Assembly: GCA_964493975.1 (NCBI GenBank)
Contig: CAZBQK010000002.1
Span: 1-62,887, forward strand
Reading direction: 5' to 3'
Length of the DNA: 62,887 bases
Source of the DNA: an uncultured Dehalococcoidales bacterium
GTDB lineage: Bacteria > Chloroflexota > UBA6077 > FW602-bin22 > CADDYW01
Shown here in pieces: positions 62,069 through 62,887 of the stretch (positions are counted from its first letter, which is position 1; every line of letters begins with the position of its first letter). The notes under the pieces were generated by a model, which saw nothing but the letters and a program-made list of their open reading frames with translations, was not told where the DNA came from and searched no databases. The translations under genes and the position numbers were made by a program.

Positions 62069-62887
62069 ATGCTCGATCTCAGCGTCGAAGAGCTCATCGC
62101 AATCGATCAGGCCCACGTCATCCACCCGCAACATAATCCAAGCGCCCATGCTGCTGCCGGTCCGGTTGTCATCGTGAGCGGTCAAGGGGCGGTACTTCGT
62201 GACGCCCATGGCAAGGAGTACATCGACGGCCTTTCCCAGCTCTGGAACGTCAACGTCGGGCACGGCCGGCGAGAGCTAGCGGACGCTGCTGCTGAACAGA
62301 TTAGCCAGATTGCTTTTGTTTCGAACTACACCGGGCAGGCTAACATTCCGGCGATTCGATTGGCCCAAAAGCTCGTCGAGATCGCCTATCCGAACCTGGA
62401 ATCCGTCTACTTCGCGAGTGGTGGCGCGGAGTCGAACGAATCCGCGTTCAAGCTGGCCCGCTCGTACTGGCGCGGCCAGGGCTATTCCGACAAAGTGAAA
62501 ATTATTTCGCGGCGGTTTGGCTACCACGGTGTGTCCCTGGGAGCGATGAGCGCGACCGGCATCTCCACGTTCTGGCCGCAGTTTGAGCCGCGGGCTCCCG
62601 GATTCGTTCACGTCGCTCCTCCTTACTGCTATCGGTGCGAGCTTGGAAAGACCCCCGGACACTGTCCAATCGACAATGCCGAGGACCTGGAGCAGGCGAT
62701 TCTTCAAGAAGGACCGGACACGGTTGCCGCGTTCATTGCCGAGCCGGTCATCGGCGCGGGAGGAGTGATCCCGCCCCCTGCCGAATACTTTCCGCGGGTT
62801 CGCGACGTCTGCGATCGGCACAAGGTCTTGTTCATCGCCGACGAGGTCATTACCGGTTTCGGTCGGACCGGCAAGATGTTCGCTCTC
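62069..62887 (+). CDS. Class-III (omega-type) pyridoxal-phosphate aminotransferase, 3'-truncated by the window end.
   Basis: My own translation is [23 protein letters not shown]...[13 protein letters not shown]...[17 protein letters not shown]...[11 protein letters not shown]...[13 protein letters not shown]...[23 protein letters not shown] follows GGAGG. It is open to the end of the window, so it is absent from the ORF track. Confidence 0.88.
   Translation, partial: MLDLSVEELIAIDQAHVIHPQHNPSAHAAAGPVVIVSGQGAVLRDAHGKEYIDGLSQLWNVNVGHGRRELADAAAEQISQIAFVSNYTGQANIPAIRLAQKLVEIAYPNLESVYFASGGAESNESAFKLARSYWRGQGYSDKVKIISRRFGYHGVSLGAMSATGISTFWPQFEPRAPGFVHVAPPYCYRCELGKTPGHCPIDNAEDLEQAILQEGPDTVAAFIAEPVIGAGGVIPPPAEYFPRVRDVCDRHKVLFIADEVITGFGRTGKMFAL

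Noticed and set aside
62276-62821. 181-aa minus-strand ORF.
   Set aside because: It is an antisense shadow of the class-III aminotransferase, which reads cleanly on the plus strand from 62069 to the window end. High GC content keeps the opposite frame open.

Overview
This is a GC-rich, gene-dense bacterial chromosomal window. Gene content suggests Chloroflexota, but that is an inference: paired Chlor_Arch_YYY/DUF2298 and TIGR03663-like membrane proteins, GH57 glycogen enzymes, a split transketolase and thyX. I support about 50 protein genes and found no rRNA, tRNA or CRISPR.

Gene order:
- 301-8567 (-): VanW-like protein, Asp-box/BNR propeller protein, folK-folP, a parvulin PPIase, and rpsF-ssb-rpsR.
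- 8761-29829 (-): a ~21 kb one-strand glycosylation locus, described below.
- 29884-33532: two small coupled ORFs, a LuxR-type regulator divergent from an O-methyltransferase, and an MBL hydrolase.
- 33554-40777 (-): glycogen block of GH15, debranching enzyme and GH57 branching enzyme, with TatD and an HD hydrolase nested inside.
- 40927-49792: bifunctional nuclease, coaX-coaBC, bactofilin, gap, a thyX-like operon, and split transketolase.
- 50113-54211 (+): origin-proximal set rpmH-rnpA-yidD-yidC-jag, a PfkB kinase and parA.
- 54208-62887: purA, glpX, a sugar ABC transporter operon, a sugar-phosphate isomerase, and a partial class-III aminotransferase.

The stand-out is the 8761-29829 locus. 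It holds eight tightly packed genes: five GT-C-type (PMT/ArnT-like) integral-membrane glycosyltransferase paralogues, two Chlor_Arch_YYY (DUF2298) domains (one fused to a GT-C), a Dpm1-like GT2, and an MprF-type flippase-like protein. Two of the GT-Cs carry C-terminal six-bladed NHL propellers, and one also carries tandem PA14 domains. I read it as an uncharacterised, archaeal-Agl-like, polyprenol-phosphate-dependent extracytoplasmic glycosylation system.

Secondary signals:
- A dispersed CCCTCTCCC/GGGAGAGGG hairpin repeat family, including an in-frame 4 x 30-nt array inside one of the GT-C genes.
- A 179-bp MITE-like element with perfect 25-bp inverted ends.
- Several near-consensus promoters and palindromic operator candidates.

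Many ORF-track entries are antisense shadows or over-extended starts. The track also renders GTG/TTG starts as M. I re-set starts wherever a Shine-Dalgarno sequence or a stop/start overlap supports it.
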